A stretch of 53,333 nucleotides of DNA from NCBI GenBank assembly GCA_043719155.1, contig JAYSUJ010000002.1, positions 1-53,333 of the forward strand. The letters run 5' to 3'. The stretch is from a bacterium (GTDB lineage: Bacteria > Patescibacteriota > Minisyncoccia > Phycocordibacterales > UBA5272). The notes beneath the pieces are model-generated. The model ran no database searches. It saw only the letters and a list, made by a program, of their open reading frames with translations, and was not told the DNA's origin. Positions 1 to 8,533 of this stretch are shown in pieces. A program made the position numbers and the translations under genes. Position 1 is the first letter of the stretch. Every line of letters begins with the position of its first letter.

Positions 1-124
1 AGTGCTGGTCTTTGGAACTATCATCTGGATTTTGCAAATTAAATTGAAAACGGAATTTGGGAGTGGTTTTTAAATTCTTAAAAGGGAGCGGGTCTATTAG
101 CAATAGAATTATTTTTTTTCGCAT
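1..124 (-). CDS. Possible hypothetical protein, N-terminus only (runs off window)
   Basis: ATG at 124 opens MRKKIILLLIDPLPFKNLKTT... with no stop before position 1. Confidence 0.3.
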   Translation of the reverse strand, partial: MRKKIILLLIDPLPFKNLKTTPKFRFQFNLQNPDDSSKDQH

Positions 125-146
125 ACTCTAAATTATATACCCACGC

Positions 147-177
147 AAAAAAAACACAAGTTTCCTTGTGTTTTTTG
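147..177 (-). terminator. Intrinsic terminator after rpsL
   Basis: aaaaaaacacaag-tttc-cttgtgttttttg inverted repeat with T-tracts on both strands, immediately after the rpsL stop. Confidence 0.7.
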
Positions 178-184
178 TTTGTAT

Positions 185-604
185 TTAAGCTTTCGCTTTA
201 GGTCTTTTAGCTCCGTAAAGTGAACGCCCTTGTCTTCTGTTTTCTACCGATGTAGCATCTAGACGACCTCGTACAATGTGGTACCGCACCCCGATCAAGT
301 CTTTTACACGTCCTCCACGGATCATAACTACCGAGTGTTCTTGGAGTTTGTGACCGATTCCAGGAATGTAGGCCGTAACTTCTACTCCGTTTGTCAGACG
401 AACTCTGGCGATCTTTCGAACAGCCGAGTTTGGCTTTTTAGGAGTAGTTGTTGTAACTTTTGTACACACACCTCGTTTAAACGGAGCGTTGTAAAAAATT
501 GGCTTGTTTTGCAAAGTGTTAAAACCTTTAGAAAGTAAAACTGAACGAGAGTTTCGCTTTTGTTTACTTCTCGGCTTTTTAATTAATTGATTTACTGTAG
601 GCAT
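185..604 (-). CDS. rpsL: 30S ribosomal protein S12
   Basis: MPTVNQL start, [28 protein letters not shown] motifs. Confidence 0.98.
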   Translation of the reverse strand: MPTVNQLIKKPRSKQKRNSRSVLLSKGFNTLQNKPIFYNAPFKRGVCTKVTTTTPKKPNSAVRKIARVRLTNGVEVTAYIPGIGHKLQEHSVVMIRGGRVKDLIGVRYHIVRGRLDATSVENRRQGRSLYGAKRPKAKA

Positions 605-649
605 AGAATTTATTACTATCTTAAGATATTATTTTATTATTATAGCAAA

Positions 650-1201
650 TTATTTTGCGAATGGCATTCCAATTAATCTGAAAAACACTTCTGCTTCTTT
701 TTTCGACTTTGAAGTAGTGACTACAGTTACACCTAATGAGAAGACATCTTTTAACTCTTCGTCACGAATTTCTGGGAAAATAGTATGTTCTTTTATACCT
801 AAAGACATGTTCCCAAGTTGGTCAACACCAGAGATGTTTACACCACGGAAGTCTTTTGTACGTGGGAAAGCAACTTTTAATAGTTTTTCCAAGAAATCAT
901 ACATTCTGTTTGCACGCAAAGTAACCACTACACCAATTGGGTCACCTGTACGAGTTTTAAAGCTCGCAACAGCCTTTTTAGCCACACGAATAGCAGGTTT
1001 TTGTCCTGTAATTTGGGCAATTCTTTTTGAAACGTGATCATTCCAGTTTTTGTTATTTTTGATACCTTTTCCAGTACCAATAGAAACAACAACTTTGACC
1101 AAACGAGGAGCAGAAAGTGGATTTTTGTATCCAAATTCACCCTTCATAGTTTCAAAAGAATTTTTTTCTAATTCTCTTACACTTTTGTTTTCACTTTTCA
1201 T
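650..1201 (-). CDS. rplE: 50S ribosomal protein L5
   Basis: PRLVKVVV, ITGQKP, AKKAVASFKTRTG, VTLR, FPRTKDFRG, EHTIFPEI motifs; ATG start at 1201 preferred over GTG at 1219. Confidence 0.97.
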   Translation of the reverse strand: MKSENKSVRELEKNSFETMKGEFGYKNPLSAPRLVKVVVSIGTGKGIKNNKNWNDHVSKRIAQITGQKPAIRVAKKAVASFKTRTGDPIGVVVTLRANRMYDFLEKLLKVAFPRTKDFRGVNISGVDQLGNMSLGIKEHTIFPEIRDEELKDVFSLGVTVVTTSKSKKEAEVFFRLIGMPFAK

Positions 1202-1300
1202 ATACCTTGTTTGTCTCACAATGCATTTTTAAATTTACATTTATACTTTGCAGCGAGGGGCTTAGTTTTAAATTTCTTTCGACTTATTTTTTTAATTAAG

Positions 1301-1721
1301 AATTATAATTTGCAGGCTTTGAGGGATTCCGGAACTTGTGAGCTCCGGAAATTATTCATGTTTTTTGTTCACTAGTCTGAAGGGTTCGCCTTCAACTCGA
1401 TTTTCATCTCAATAAGTATATTAAGATGGAAAATTTTTCCATTTGCGCCGCCGAACCGAATCTTTTGCACGACGACTTTTGGGTTCCGTTCGAGTCCAGT
1501 AAAGCCATTGTAGTGAGGTATTACCCTAGCTACGGTTTGCTCTATCGTTTCTCCAATGTGTGTTTCAACCCACAACACCGGCCGGTGTACAGTTTGCAGA
1601 TGGGTTATGGGCGGGAAAGCGTCTGTTTGACGCATTTCACCGCAAATAATTTCCAAGCAGATTTCACTTATCATTGCCGGGGACCTCCTTCAAATCCCTC
1701 AAAGCCTACAAAATTATAATT
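1301..1721 (-). other. Stem-enclosed mini-gene cassette 1 (arms 1301-1328 and 1693-1721; hairpin 1327-1350)
   Basis: aattataatttgcaggctttgagggatt is the near-perfect reverse complement of aatccctcaaagcctacaaaattataatt. Confidence 0.85.
1372..1674 (-). CDS. Hypothetical cassette cargo protein (100 aa)
   Basis: ATG preceded by AAGGAGGT; fills the loop of cassette 1. Confidence 0.7.
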   Translation of the reverse strand: MISEICLEIICGEMRQTDAFPPITHLQTVHRPVLWVETHIGETIEQTVARVIPHYNGFTGLERNPKVVVQKIRFGGANGKIFHLNILIEMKIELKANPSD

Positions 1722-1738
1722 TCGTAACACCAGAGAAA

Positions 1739-1972
1739 CTATTTAGCTAAAACTACGTTTGAGATGTGTAGAGGGTTGGCTTTCTTTACGATAGTTCCCT
1801 TTTCACCATCTTTTTTCGCTTTAACATTTTTAGTTTTCAAGTTTATACCATCAACTAGAACTTGTTCTAGTTTTGGAAAAACTTGTAGTACTTTTCCTGT
1901 TTTACCTTTATCGGCTCCGGCTATTACTTTCACATTATCTCCTTTTTTAATCATATATTTTGGTTTGCTCAT
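1739..1972 (-). CDS. rplX: 50S ribosomal protein L24
   Basis: IKKGDNVKVIAGADKGKTGKV KOW motif, PLHISNV; ATG at 1972. Confidence 0.96.
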   Translation of the reverse strand: MSKPKYMIKKGDNVKVIAGADKGKTGKVLQVFPKLEQVLVDGINLKTKNVKAKKDGEKGTIVKKANPLHISNVVLAK

Positions 1973-1982
1973 TTTATTTTTC

Positions 1983-2401
1983 AATAATGAGTATCACCTA
2001 TTTGTTTACAATAATTACAATCTTTTTCAAGTAGCGAAGTTTTGATTTTAAACATCAAAACTTCGCTAGCACAACTTAAACTTAAAGAATACGCCGACTT
2101 ACAAAATAGAGATAGTACGGCGAGTAGAAACAGTGGAAACGGACAAATATCCCATGATTGAATGTTTTTTTCCAATCTTCGAAATATCGGTCTGCTCTCA
2201 TCTTCGCCTCTTCGTCATCCACTGCTTTGAAAATCTGCACTTTTTCAAGTGACCTTACAATGCCCAACCAATAATGCACATCAACACGCATACGTAATTC
2301 GTACAAATTAGTTGTTCCGTTAGCCATTTATATTCTCTCCTTCGGTTGTGTTGAAAAAAACTACAATTTGTTTTGTAAACAAATAGGTAACACACATTAT
2401 T
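1983..2401 (-). other. Stem-enclosed mini-gene cassette 2 (arms 1983-2030 and 2351-2401; 15-bp perfect hairpin 2032-2068)
   Basis: aataatgagtatcacctatttgtttacaa pairs with ttgtaaacaaataggtaacacacattatt. Confidence 0.85.
2082..2327 (-). CDS. Hypothetical cassette cargo protein (81 aa, FKAVDDEEA motif)
   Basis: AAGGAG SD before ATG; fills the loop of cassette 2. Confidence 0.75.
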   Translation of the reverse strand: MANGTTNLYELRMRVDVHYWLGIVRSLEKVQIFKAVDDEEAKMRADRYFEDWKKTFNHGIFVRFHCFYSPYYLYFVSRRIL

Positions 2402-2429
2402 TATTTTTAAAAGAACTATTTATTTTTAA

Positions 2430-2810
2430 TTATAGGACTTCAGGTGCTAGTGAAATAAGCTTTTGATACCCCAAACCTGCCAATTCTCTTGGTACTGGAC
2501 CAAAAATACGGTTAGCTCGAGGTTCTTTTGCTTGTTTACCTTTTCCGTTAATAATAACTACCGCGTTGTCAGAAAATGAAATGTATGAACCGTCAACTCT
2601 TCTAAAAGGTTTTTTGGTTCGCACAATCACTCCGTAAACTACGTCTTTTCTTTTTATCATCTTTCTTGGTTCAGCAACTTTAATAGACAACACTACCACG
2701 TCTCCTACATAAGCAGTTCTGTGGCGTGTACCTCCCAAAATTGTGAACACCCGACCATGCGTACCACCAGAGTTATCTGTGATAACCACGTTTGTTCCGA
2801 TTTTTATCAT
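2430..2810 (-). CDS. rplN: 50S ribosomal protein L14
   Basis: DNSGG, VGDVV, VIVRTKK, RRVDGSYISFSDNAVVII, RIFGPVPREL, ISLAPEVL. Confidence 0.98.
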   Translation of the reverse strand: MIKIGTNVVITDNSGGTHGRVFTILGGTRHRTAYVGDVVVLSIKVAEPRKMIKRKDVVYGVIVRTKKPFRRVDGSYISFSDNAVVIINGKGKQAKEPRANRIFGPVPRELAGLGYQKLISLAPEVL

Positions 2811-2846
2811 ATTTATTTTTAAATATTTACACTAGTTGCCCTCTTT

Positions 2847-2877
2847 CCTCTCCTTTGTAAGGAGAGGCTAGGTGAGG
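2847..2877. repeat. GC-rich REP-like palindrome cctctcctt-tgt-aaggagagg followed by ctaggtgagg
   Basis: Perfect 9-bp inverted repeat in an AT-rich spacer upstream of rplN. Confidence 0.55.
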
Positions 2878-2947
2878 TAGAGCTAGGCCCTCAAAATATT
2901 TTTATTTTGATTCGATTATTAATTTTAAGCGTGTGACATTAAATTTT

Positions 2948-3179
2948 ATATCCAGTGCCACAAATTAAATCCAATTAAATTCTTTTAGGAAAGTGGACGA
3001 AAGTTGCACACTTTCCCCCACGGTCTAGTTTAATTCCATAGCGTTAACAAGTAACCCTATGAAAAAAATACCAAGACCTACATAAAGTACCCACATTTTA
3101 ACCACCTCCTTTCGGCTTATGATCATGTTGGGGACTCCTAAAAAAATTAAATTAAGATTTAATTTGTGACACTCGATAT
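2948..3179 (-). other. Stem-enclosed mini-gene cassette 3a (arms 2948-2990 and 3136-3179; hairpin about 2988-3016)
   Basis: atatccagtgccacaaattaaatc pairs with gatttaatttgtgacactcgatat. Confidence 0.85.
3025..3096 (-). CDS. 23-aa hydrophobic peptide MWVLYVGLGIFFIGLLVNAMELN (not in ORF track)
   Basis: Hand-translated; preceded by AAGGAGGTGG SD; occupies the loop of cassette 3a. Confidence 0.7.
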   Translation of the reverse strand: MWVLYVGLGIFFIGLLVNAMELN

Positions 3180-3216
3180 TTATTTTTTAATGTGCAGTTT
3201 TTTAAGCAAGTTTTTA

Positions 3217-3590
3217 AGTTTAATTTACTTATTGACTTGGTTGAGGGGACGAGCGAGACCTGATTGTTTCGCTCGTCCCAAGGTTCTAGGTGGTTGGCTC
3301 CCACTCAACTTCTTGAAGCTGAAGCTTGTAGATTTTTAGTTTTCTGAACCGGCTTGGTTCTTGGCTAAAATGTTTGACACGATATTTTTCTGCAGCATTT
3401 TGTGCTTCTTTACTATTGCCACAGAAATATAGAGTTACGTTTTTGCCTTCCCACAAACTTTTGGAAAAATTTACATCCCATACGAACTCTTCATAGAAAA
3501 GTCTGTACGGATGCCCCATATTGAGTTTTTGGTTTCCCATTTTTGTTCCTTTCCCAGTTGCCTCAACCAAGTCAATAAGTTTCTTAAACT
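3217..3590 (-). other. Stem-enclosed mini-gene cassette 3b (perfect 20-bp arms 3227-3246 and 3561-3580; hairpin 3246-3279)
   Basis: acttattgacttggttgagg / cctcaaccaagtcaataagt. Confidence 0.85.
3286..3540 (-). CDS. Hypothetical cassette cargo protein (84 aa from MGNQKL)
   Basis: GAAAGGA before ATG 3540; the longer ORF-track start lies inside the stem arm. Confidence 0.7.
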   Translation of the reverse strand: MGNQKLNMGHPYRLFYEEFVWDVNFSKSLWEGKNVTLYFCGNSKEAQNAAEKYRVKHFSQEPSRFRKLKIYKLQLQEVEWEPTT

Positions 3591-3600
3591 TTGTCTGACT

Positions 3601-3867
3601 TTATTTCACTTTCTTTGTTACCATAAAACTTTTATCTTTTGAATAAGGTTTTGTGGCTACAATTTCTACCATATCGTCGATTTGAAACTCATTATTTTCA
3701 TCATGAGCTTTTATCTTTTTGTCGATAGAGTAGTACTTTCCATACTTAGGATGTTTTACATAACGTGACACTTTTACCACTACAGTTTTTTGCATCTTGT
3801 TACTTACAACTTTTCCTCGCAAAGTTTGTCTTTTTGCTGTTGGTGTTTTTGTCTCAGTTTCTTTCAT
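3601..3867 (-). CDS. rpsQ: 30S ribosomal protein S17
   Basis: LRGKVVSNKMQKTVVV, HPKYGK, KAHDE. Confidence 0.97.
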   Translation of the reverse strand: MKETETKTPTAKRQTLRGKVVSNKMQKTVVVKVSRYVKHPKYGKYYSIDKKIKAHDENNEFQIDDMVEIVATKPYSKDKSFMVTKKVK

Positions 3868-3880
3868 AAATTATATATTT

Positions 3881-4309
3881 TTATTCAAGTTTTCGACCTA
3901 CTACCTTACAAGTAATTGGTAATTTTGTGGCAGCTTTTCGCAAAGCTTCACGCGCTACAGCTTCGGTTGTCCCATCAATTTCGAAAATGATTTTTCCAGG
4001 ACGAACATCTACTGCATAGTGGTCAAGGTCTCCCTTTCCTTTACCCATGGGAGTTTCAGCTCCTTTTTGAGTAATTGGACGGTCGGGGAAAATTCGGATC
4101 CACACCTTACCAGTTTTACCAGCAGCACGAACCAGAGCTTTACGAGCAGCTTCGATTTGATTCGAAGTAATTCTCGCTTGGGTCATGGCTTTTAAACCGA
4201 ACGCCCCAAAAGCCAAGTCGATGCCACGAGTCTCTGCCCTATCCATTTTAAGAGGATTTTTTCGAGCCGTCATCCATTTTCTAAATTTAACTTTTTTTGG
4301 TACTAACAT
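3881..4309 (-). CDS. rplP: 50S ribosomal protein L16
   Basis: MLVPKKVKFRK, QIEAAR, WIRIFPD, MGKGKG, KLP. Confidence 0.98.
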   Translation of the reverse strand: MLVPKKVKFRKWMTARKNPLKMDRAETRGIDLAFGAFGLKAMTQARITSNQIEAARKALVRAAGKTGKVWIRIFPDRPITQKGAETPMGKGKGDLDHYAVDVRPGKIIFEIDGTTEAVAREALRKAATKLPITCKVVGRKLE

Positions 4310-4317
4310 ATTATTTT

Positions 4318-5010
4318 TTACACATTGCCCTTGGCAAGTTTTTTCTTAGAGAATATTTGACCTTTATATATCCACACTTTGATACCCAAAACTCCGTAAG
4401 TCATGTGGGCTTTTTCACGAGAAAAGTCGATGTCGGCACGAAGTGTTTGTAGAGGAATATTTCCCTTTTTCAAAAACTCAGTTCTTGCCATATCTGCTCC
4501 ACCAAGACGTCCACCAAGAGAAATTTTCACTCCCAGCACTTCTTTGTTTTGCATAACTTTTTCAACAGTGCCTTTCAAAACTCTTCGGAATGGAAGACGT
4601 TTTTCTAGACCTTCCGCCACCATCATTCCTACAACACGAGCGTTGGACTCAGCTTGAGCGATCTCTACTATTTCTATTTTAAGGTCTGCTGGAGCAACAA
4701 TTTTCTTTTGCTTCATAAACTTTAAAGTAGCATTTTTAAGATCTACTACACCCTCTCCCTTTTGACCAAGGATAAGTCCAGGTCGAGCAGAAGGGATAGA
4801 TATTTTCCAAAACTTTTGATTTCTTTCCATCAAAATTTCACCAATCATTTTTCCACGCAACTTTTTAACTAGAAATTCTCTAACCAAAACGTCACCTGTC
4901 AAATTTTTAACGAAATCTTTTCCTTTTATCTTGTTTTTAGTTATCCAGTTACTTCTCCAGTCACGGATAACACCAAGACGATAAGAATAGGGGTTTACTA
5001 TTTTTGTCAT
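4318..5010 (-). CDS. rpsC: 30S ribosomal protein S3
   Basis: RLGVIRDWRSNW, ARPGLILG KH domain, GRLGGADMARTE, PLQTLRADID, GIKVWIYKG. Confidence 0.98.
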   Translation of the reverse strand: MTKIVNPYSYRLGVIRDWRSNWITKNKIKGKDFVKNLTGDVLVREFLVKKLRGKMIGEILMERNQKFWKISIPSARPGLILGQKGEGVVDLKNATLKFMKQKKIVAPADLKIEIVEIAQAESNARVVGMMVAEGLEKRLPFRRVLKGTVEKVMQNKEVLGVKISLGGRLGGADMARTEFLKKGNIPLQTLRADIDFSREKAHMTYGVLGIKVWIYKGQIFSKKKLAKGNV

Positions 5011-5025
5011 ATTTTTATTTCAATC

Positions 5026-5352
5026 TTATTTTACTCCTAGAGTTATTAAGATATGAGATGTTCTTTTTAATATCGGGAAAGCTCGACCTCGGGCGCGAGG
5101 CATTGACCTTTTCATAGTCAAACCATCGTCCACACGTGCTTCCTTTACAAATAGACTTTCTCTATTTTTTCCATCGTTTTTCACAGCGTTAGCTATGGCA
5201 GACAAAAGAACTTTTTTCACCGGAGATGAACCTCTTTTTACAAGGTTGTTCAACTCGTTTAGTGCAACATCAACTTTCTTACCTTGGATCAAGGTAGTTA
5301 CTAGTCTAGTTTTACGAGGTGCTTGTCTATAATTTTTTAGTATTGCTTTCAT
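5026..5352 (-). CDS. rplV: 50S ribosomal protein L22
   Basis: RQAPRKTRLV, SAIANA, PRARGRAFPILKRTSHI. Confidence 0.98.
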   Translation of the reverse strand: MKAILKNYRQAPRKTRLVTTLIQGKKVDVALNELNNLVKRGSSPVKKVLLSAIANAVKNDGKNRESLFVKEARVDDGLTMKRSMPRARGRAFPILKRTSHILITLGVK

Positions 5353-5363
5353 AAATTTTTATT

Positions 5364-5711
5364 TTATTTTTTAGCAGGACCTTTAGCTTCAGCTGAGGCT
5401 GAAGAGGCTTTTGCTGCAGCAATTTCCGCTTCTTTCTTTTTCATGTCGATTTCTTTTTGCATCTTTCCTCCATGACGAGTAAACTTACGCGTTAAAGAAA
5501 ATTCTCCAAGTTTGTGACCAACCATATCTTCAGTTACGAACACATCGATAAAAATTTTACCGTTGTGAACTTGGAAAGTAAAACCAACCATTTCCGGAGA
5601 AATTGTTGAACCTCTTGCCCAAGTTTTGATAGTTGCCCCAGCTTTTGCTACTCGCACTTTTCTCATCAGTCTTTCATCTAAGAAAGGACCTTTTTTTAAT
5701 GATCTTGTCAT
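5364..5711 (-). CDS. rpsS: 30S ribosomal protein S19 with Lys/Ala-rich C-terminal extension
   Basis: [32 protein letters not shown]. Confidence 0.98.
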   Translation of the reverse strand: MTRSLKKGPFLDERLMRKVRVAKAGATIKTWARGSTISPEMVGFTFQVHNGKIFIDVFVTEDMVGHKLGEFSLTRKFTRHGGKMQKEIDMKKKEAEIAAAKASSASAEAKGPAKK

Positions 5712-5720
5712 ATTATGTTA

Positions 5721-6581
5721 TTAAGCCTGTAGCCCTTTTAGATCGCGCTTCGACTTGCGACGAGTTACAATAAATACATTAGAATACTTCTTCGGTGTAC
5801 GAGTCTTAACTCCAAAGGCTTGTTTACCTTCACGAGTCTTAGGCCCACGACGAAGTCCTACTCCTTGGCGACCTTCACCACCACCGTGTGGGTGGTCAAC
5901 CGGGTTCATGGCAGTACCACGAACTGTAGGTCTCACACCAAGCCAGCGGTTACGCCCCGCTTTACCAAGATTTACAAGGTGATGCTCGTCATTTGAAACC
6001 GCTCCAATACTTGCAAAACAAGTGTCCAACACTTTTCTCACTTCCCCAGAAGGAAGTTTGATAGATGCCCAACCCAAATCTTGTCCAAGCACCTGAATAA
6101 AGTTTCCAGCCGAACGTCCTAGTTTCGCTCCACCTTTAGGGTGCAGCTCAACGTTGTAAATAAAAGTACCTACCGGGATTTTAGAAATAGGAAGTCTATT
6201 TCCTACGGTTACAGAAGCCTCGGCAGAAGTGATAATTTCAGCTCCTACAGCTAAAGACTTTGGAGCTAAAATATATCTTCTCTCACCGTCTTTGTAAACA
6301 ACAAGAGAAATAAATCCACTTCGGTTTGGGTCATACTCTACAGTCTCTACTTTCGCAGGAATGTTTAGTTTGTCAGCATAGATAAAGTCAACTAAACGTT
6401 GGGTTCTCTTGTGCCCACCACCCTTGTGTCGCACAGTTATACGACCATGTCCATTTCTACCAACATGTCTCTTTATACCCTTTGTCAGGGCTTTATGAGG
6501 TTCTTGGGTAGTTATGTATTCTCTATAGTTAATAGAAACTCTATTACGTTGAGATTTTGTATACGGTTTATATGTTTTCAT
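5721..6581 (-). CDS. rplB: 50S ribosomal protein L2
   Basis: GRITVRHKGGGHKR, EYDPNRS, RGTAMNPVDHPHGGGEG. Confidence 0.99.
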   Translation of the reverse strand: MKTYKPYTKSQRNRVSINYREYITTQEPHKALTKGIKRHVGRNGHGRITVRHKGGGHKRTQRLVDFIYADKLNIPAKVETVEYDPNRSGFISLVVYKDGERRYILAPKSLAVGAEIITSAEASVTVGNRLPISKIPVGTFIYNVELHPKGGAKLGRSAGNFIQVLGQDLGWASIKLPSGEVRKVLDTCFASIGAVSNDEHHLVNLGKAGRNRWLGVRPTVRGTAMNPVDHPHGGGEGRQGVGLRRGPKTREGKQAFGVKTRTPKKYSNVFIVTRRKSKRDLKGLQA

Positions 6582-6630
6582 ACTAATTTTTCTTTCGATT
6601 TTAATTTTTCATCTAGCAAACTTTTTGGTT

Positions 6631-6990
6631 TATCCAGTACTACATTTTGCAAAAAACTTTGTTAACTTTGAGGGGTGCACGAGCAGCTACATTTCTGTAA
6701 GCCGCTCATGCTAGGCAAATGATGTCAGATTTCGATTGAATTTAGAGAGGCTTCATCAAAAATTCCCAACTTCAACAATTGCTGAAGTTTATTTTCGAAA
6801 GACTCAGTAACTTCTACGAAACTTGTGGCTTCTTGACATACCGTGAATTGGGTTTTGACACCATCCACGACCAGAGTGAACCTAACATCAAAAACTTTAG
6901 TTTCGCTCGCTTTGTCAGACATGAGACTCTTCCTTTTCTGTTTGCCCTCAAAACTAACAACTTATTTTTCACAAAATGTAGTACTAGATA
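6631..6990 (-). other. Stem-enclosed mini-gene cassette 4 (arms 6631-6674 and 6945-6990; hairpin about 6677-6711)
   Basis: tatccagtactacattttg...ttgttaactttgaggg pairs with ccctcaaaactaacaa...caaaatgtagtactagata. Confidence 0.85.
6725..6922 (-). CDS. Hypothetical cassette cargo protein (65 aa)
   Basis: AAAGGAAG before ATG; fills the loop of cassette 4. Confidence 0.7.
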   Translation of the reverse strand: MSDKASETKVFDVRFTLVVDGVKTQFTVCQEATSFVEVTESFENKLQQLLKLGIFDEASLNSIEI

Positions 6991-7017
6991 TTAAACTTTA
7001 AAAGTTTGTATCATCAT

Positions 7018-7425
7018 TTACAGTACGATAGAGTCTCCGGCTTTCAGAGTGATATAGGCTTTTTTGCCTCCACCACGCATACCATAGCGACCTTTCGTAA
7101 CTTTTTCCTTTTTCGGAGAATTTACAATGTTAATTTTTAGAACAGTAACTTTATATTTTGTTTCCAAAACTTTTTTTAGTTCTGTTTTGTTTTCAGTTTT
7201 TGGTATGTTGAGTACGTATACATTTTTATCTGAAAGCTTGGTAGCTTTTTCGGTAATTCTGTATGAATAATCATTTTTAACCTCAACTTCACTTGTAGCT
7301 TTTACAGCTTTTGCTTTAGGAGTCTTAACTTCTTTGGTTTCTGTTTTTTTAACAGCCACTTTTTTAGTTTTAACCTCTTCTACAATTTCTGCATCTACTA
7401 CTTTCTTTTTTCCGAATAATGCCAT
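7018..7425 (-). CDS. rplW: 50S ribosomal protein L23 with Lys/Glu-rich N-terminal extension
   Basis: ITEKA, NKTELK, YKVTVLKINIVN, KKAYITL; position between rplD and rplB. Confidence 0.93.
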   Translation of the reverse strand: MALFGKKKVVDAEIVEEVKTKKVAVKKTETKEVKTPKAKAVKATSEVEVKNDYSYRITEKATKLSDKNVYVLNIPKTENKTELKKVLETKYKVTVLKINIVNSPKKEKVTKGRYGMRGGGKKAYITLKAGDSIVL

Positions 7426-7460
7426 ATATTTTTTATATTTATTCTTTCGACTTTTATTTT

Positions 7461-7797
7461 AATATTTGAGTACCACCTATTTATTTACAATTATAGATTC
7501 TGATGGTTGGCCAAGTTTCCCTTCGGGAAACTTGGCCTTGGTTCCAGACTAATCTTAGTTAGCCAGACTTGGTTTCTACTGCTTTTTTGTTCTTTGCCCG
7601 TTTCCAGACAAAATATTTTAAGACAGTTATCAAAACCGCGCCAACTAACACAAAGAGTAGACATGCTGCAAGCATTGGTAGCAAAACTTTTACCACCTCT
7701 TGCATCAATAGCTCTAGTTGATGTTGTGTCATCTTACCTCTCTCAGTTGAACCATCAGAGCCTACAACTTATAAATAAATAGGTAGCACTCAATATT
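7461..7797 (-). other. Stem-enclosed mini-gene cassette 5 (48-nt arms 7461-7508 and 7750-7797; perfect hairpin 7509-7537)
   Basis: gagtaccacctatttatttacaattatagattctgatggtt pairs with aaccatcagagcctacaacttataaataaataggtagcactc. Confidence 0.88.
7559..7732 (-). CDS. 57-aa single-TM peptide with basic tail, MTQHQLELLMQEVVKVLLPMLAACLLFVLVGAVLITVLKYFVWKRAKNKKAVETKSG (not in ORF track)
   Basis: Hand-translated; GAGAGGT before ATG; fills the loop of cassette 5. Confidence 0.72.
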   Translation of the reverse strand: MTQHQLELLMQEVVKVLLPMLAACLLFVLVGAVLITVLKYFVWKRAKNKKAVETKSG

Positions 7798-7844
7798 TTT
7801 TGTCAAAGGAACAATTTGTTTTTTAGTTTATGAGACTTTTTGCT

Positions 7845-8507
7845 TTACGCAATTTTCTGTTCTAAGAATTTTGTCATATTTTCTACATCGACCATTACTA
7901 TGTAACGAGTGTTCATAACGTCTAATGCAGACGCCTGAGCAATTGTTTTTACGGTAACTTGTGGAATATTTCGAAACGCACGCAATAATGTTTCAGATTT
8001 TTCAGGGGTATAAATAACCATGTTCCCTGCTTTTCTGAAGGTAAGATTTTTAAAGTTCTCTACTTTTGACAAGTTTGTCAAAATAGATTCTGCTTCTTTT
8101 GTTTTTGGTTCGTTAAGAGTAATTTTGTCTACTAGTAAAATTTTACCAGAACGCAATTTGTCTGAAAGGACCATACAGAAAGCCAGACCACGAGATTTCT
8201 TGTTGATCTTTTTAGAATAATCTTTGTCCGAACGAGGACCGAAGGTAATACCACCACCACGCCAAATAGGTGAACGGATAGAGGCATGACGCGCTCTGTC
8301 CATTTCCTTTTGTGGCCAAGGCTTGATACCACCACCACGAACTTCGTTACGAGTTTTAGTATGGGCAAGTCCAGCTCTTTTGTTTGATTGTTGAGAAACG
8401 ATAACTTGGTGAACCAAGTCTTTGTTAAGCTTCAAACCAAACACAGACTCTGACAGAGTAACTTCCGCAGCTTCTTTACCTAATTGTGTATATTGTTTTG
8501 TTTTCAT
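7845..8507 (-). CDS. rplD: 50S ribosomal protein L4
   Basis: [40 protein letters not shown]; ATG 8507 (MKTKQY) preferred. Confidence 0.97.
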   Translation of the reverse strand: MKTKQYTQLGKEAAEVTLSESVFGLKLNKDLVHQVIVSQQSNKRAGLAHTKTRNEVRGGGIKPWPQKEMDRARHASIRSPIWRGGGITFGPRSDKDYSKKINKKSRGLAFCMVLSDKLRSGKILLVDKITLNEPKTKEAESILTNLSKVENFKNLTFRKAGNMVIYTPEKSETLLRAFRNIPQVTVKTIAQASALDVMNTRYIVMVDVENMTKFLEQKIA

Positions 8508-8533
8508 ATATTTTATTTTGCACAAAAGTATTT

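Noticed and set aside
1426-1719. Plus-strand 97-aa ORF in cassette 1
   Set aside because: Antisense to the operon, no SD, and overlaps the SD-led minus-strand ORF.
7507-7782. Plus-strand 91-aa ORF in cassette 5
   Set aside because: It runs through the hairpin and stem arm; the minus-strand 57-aa ORF with an SD fits the cassette pattern better.
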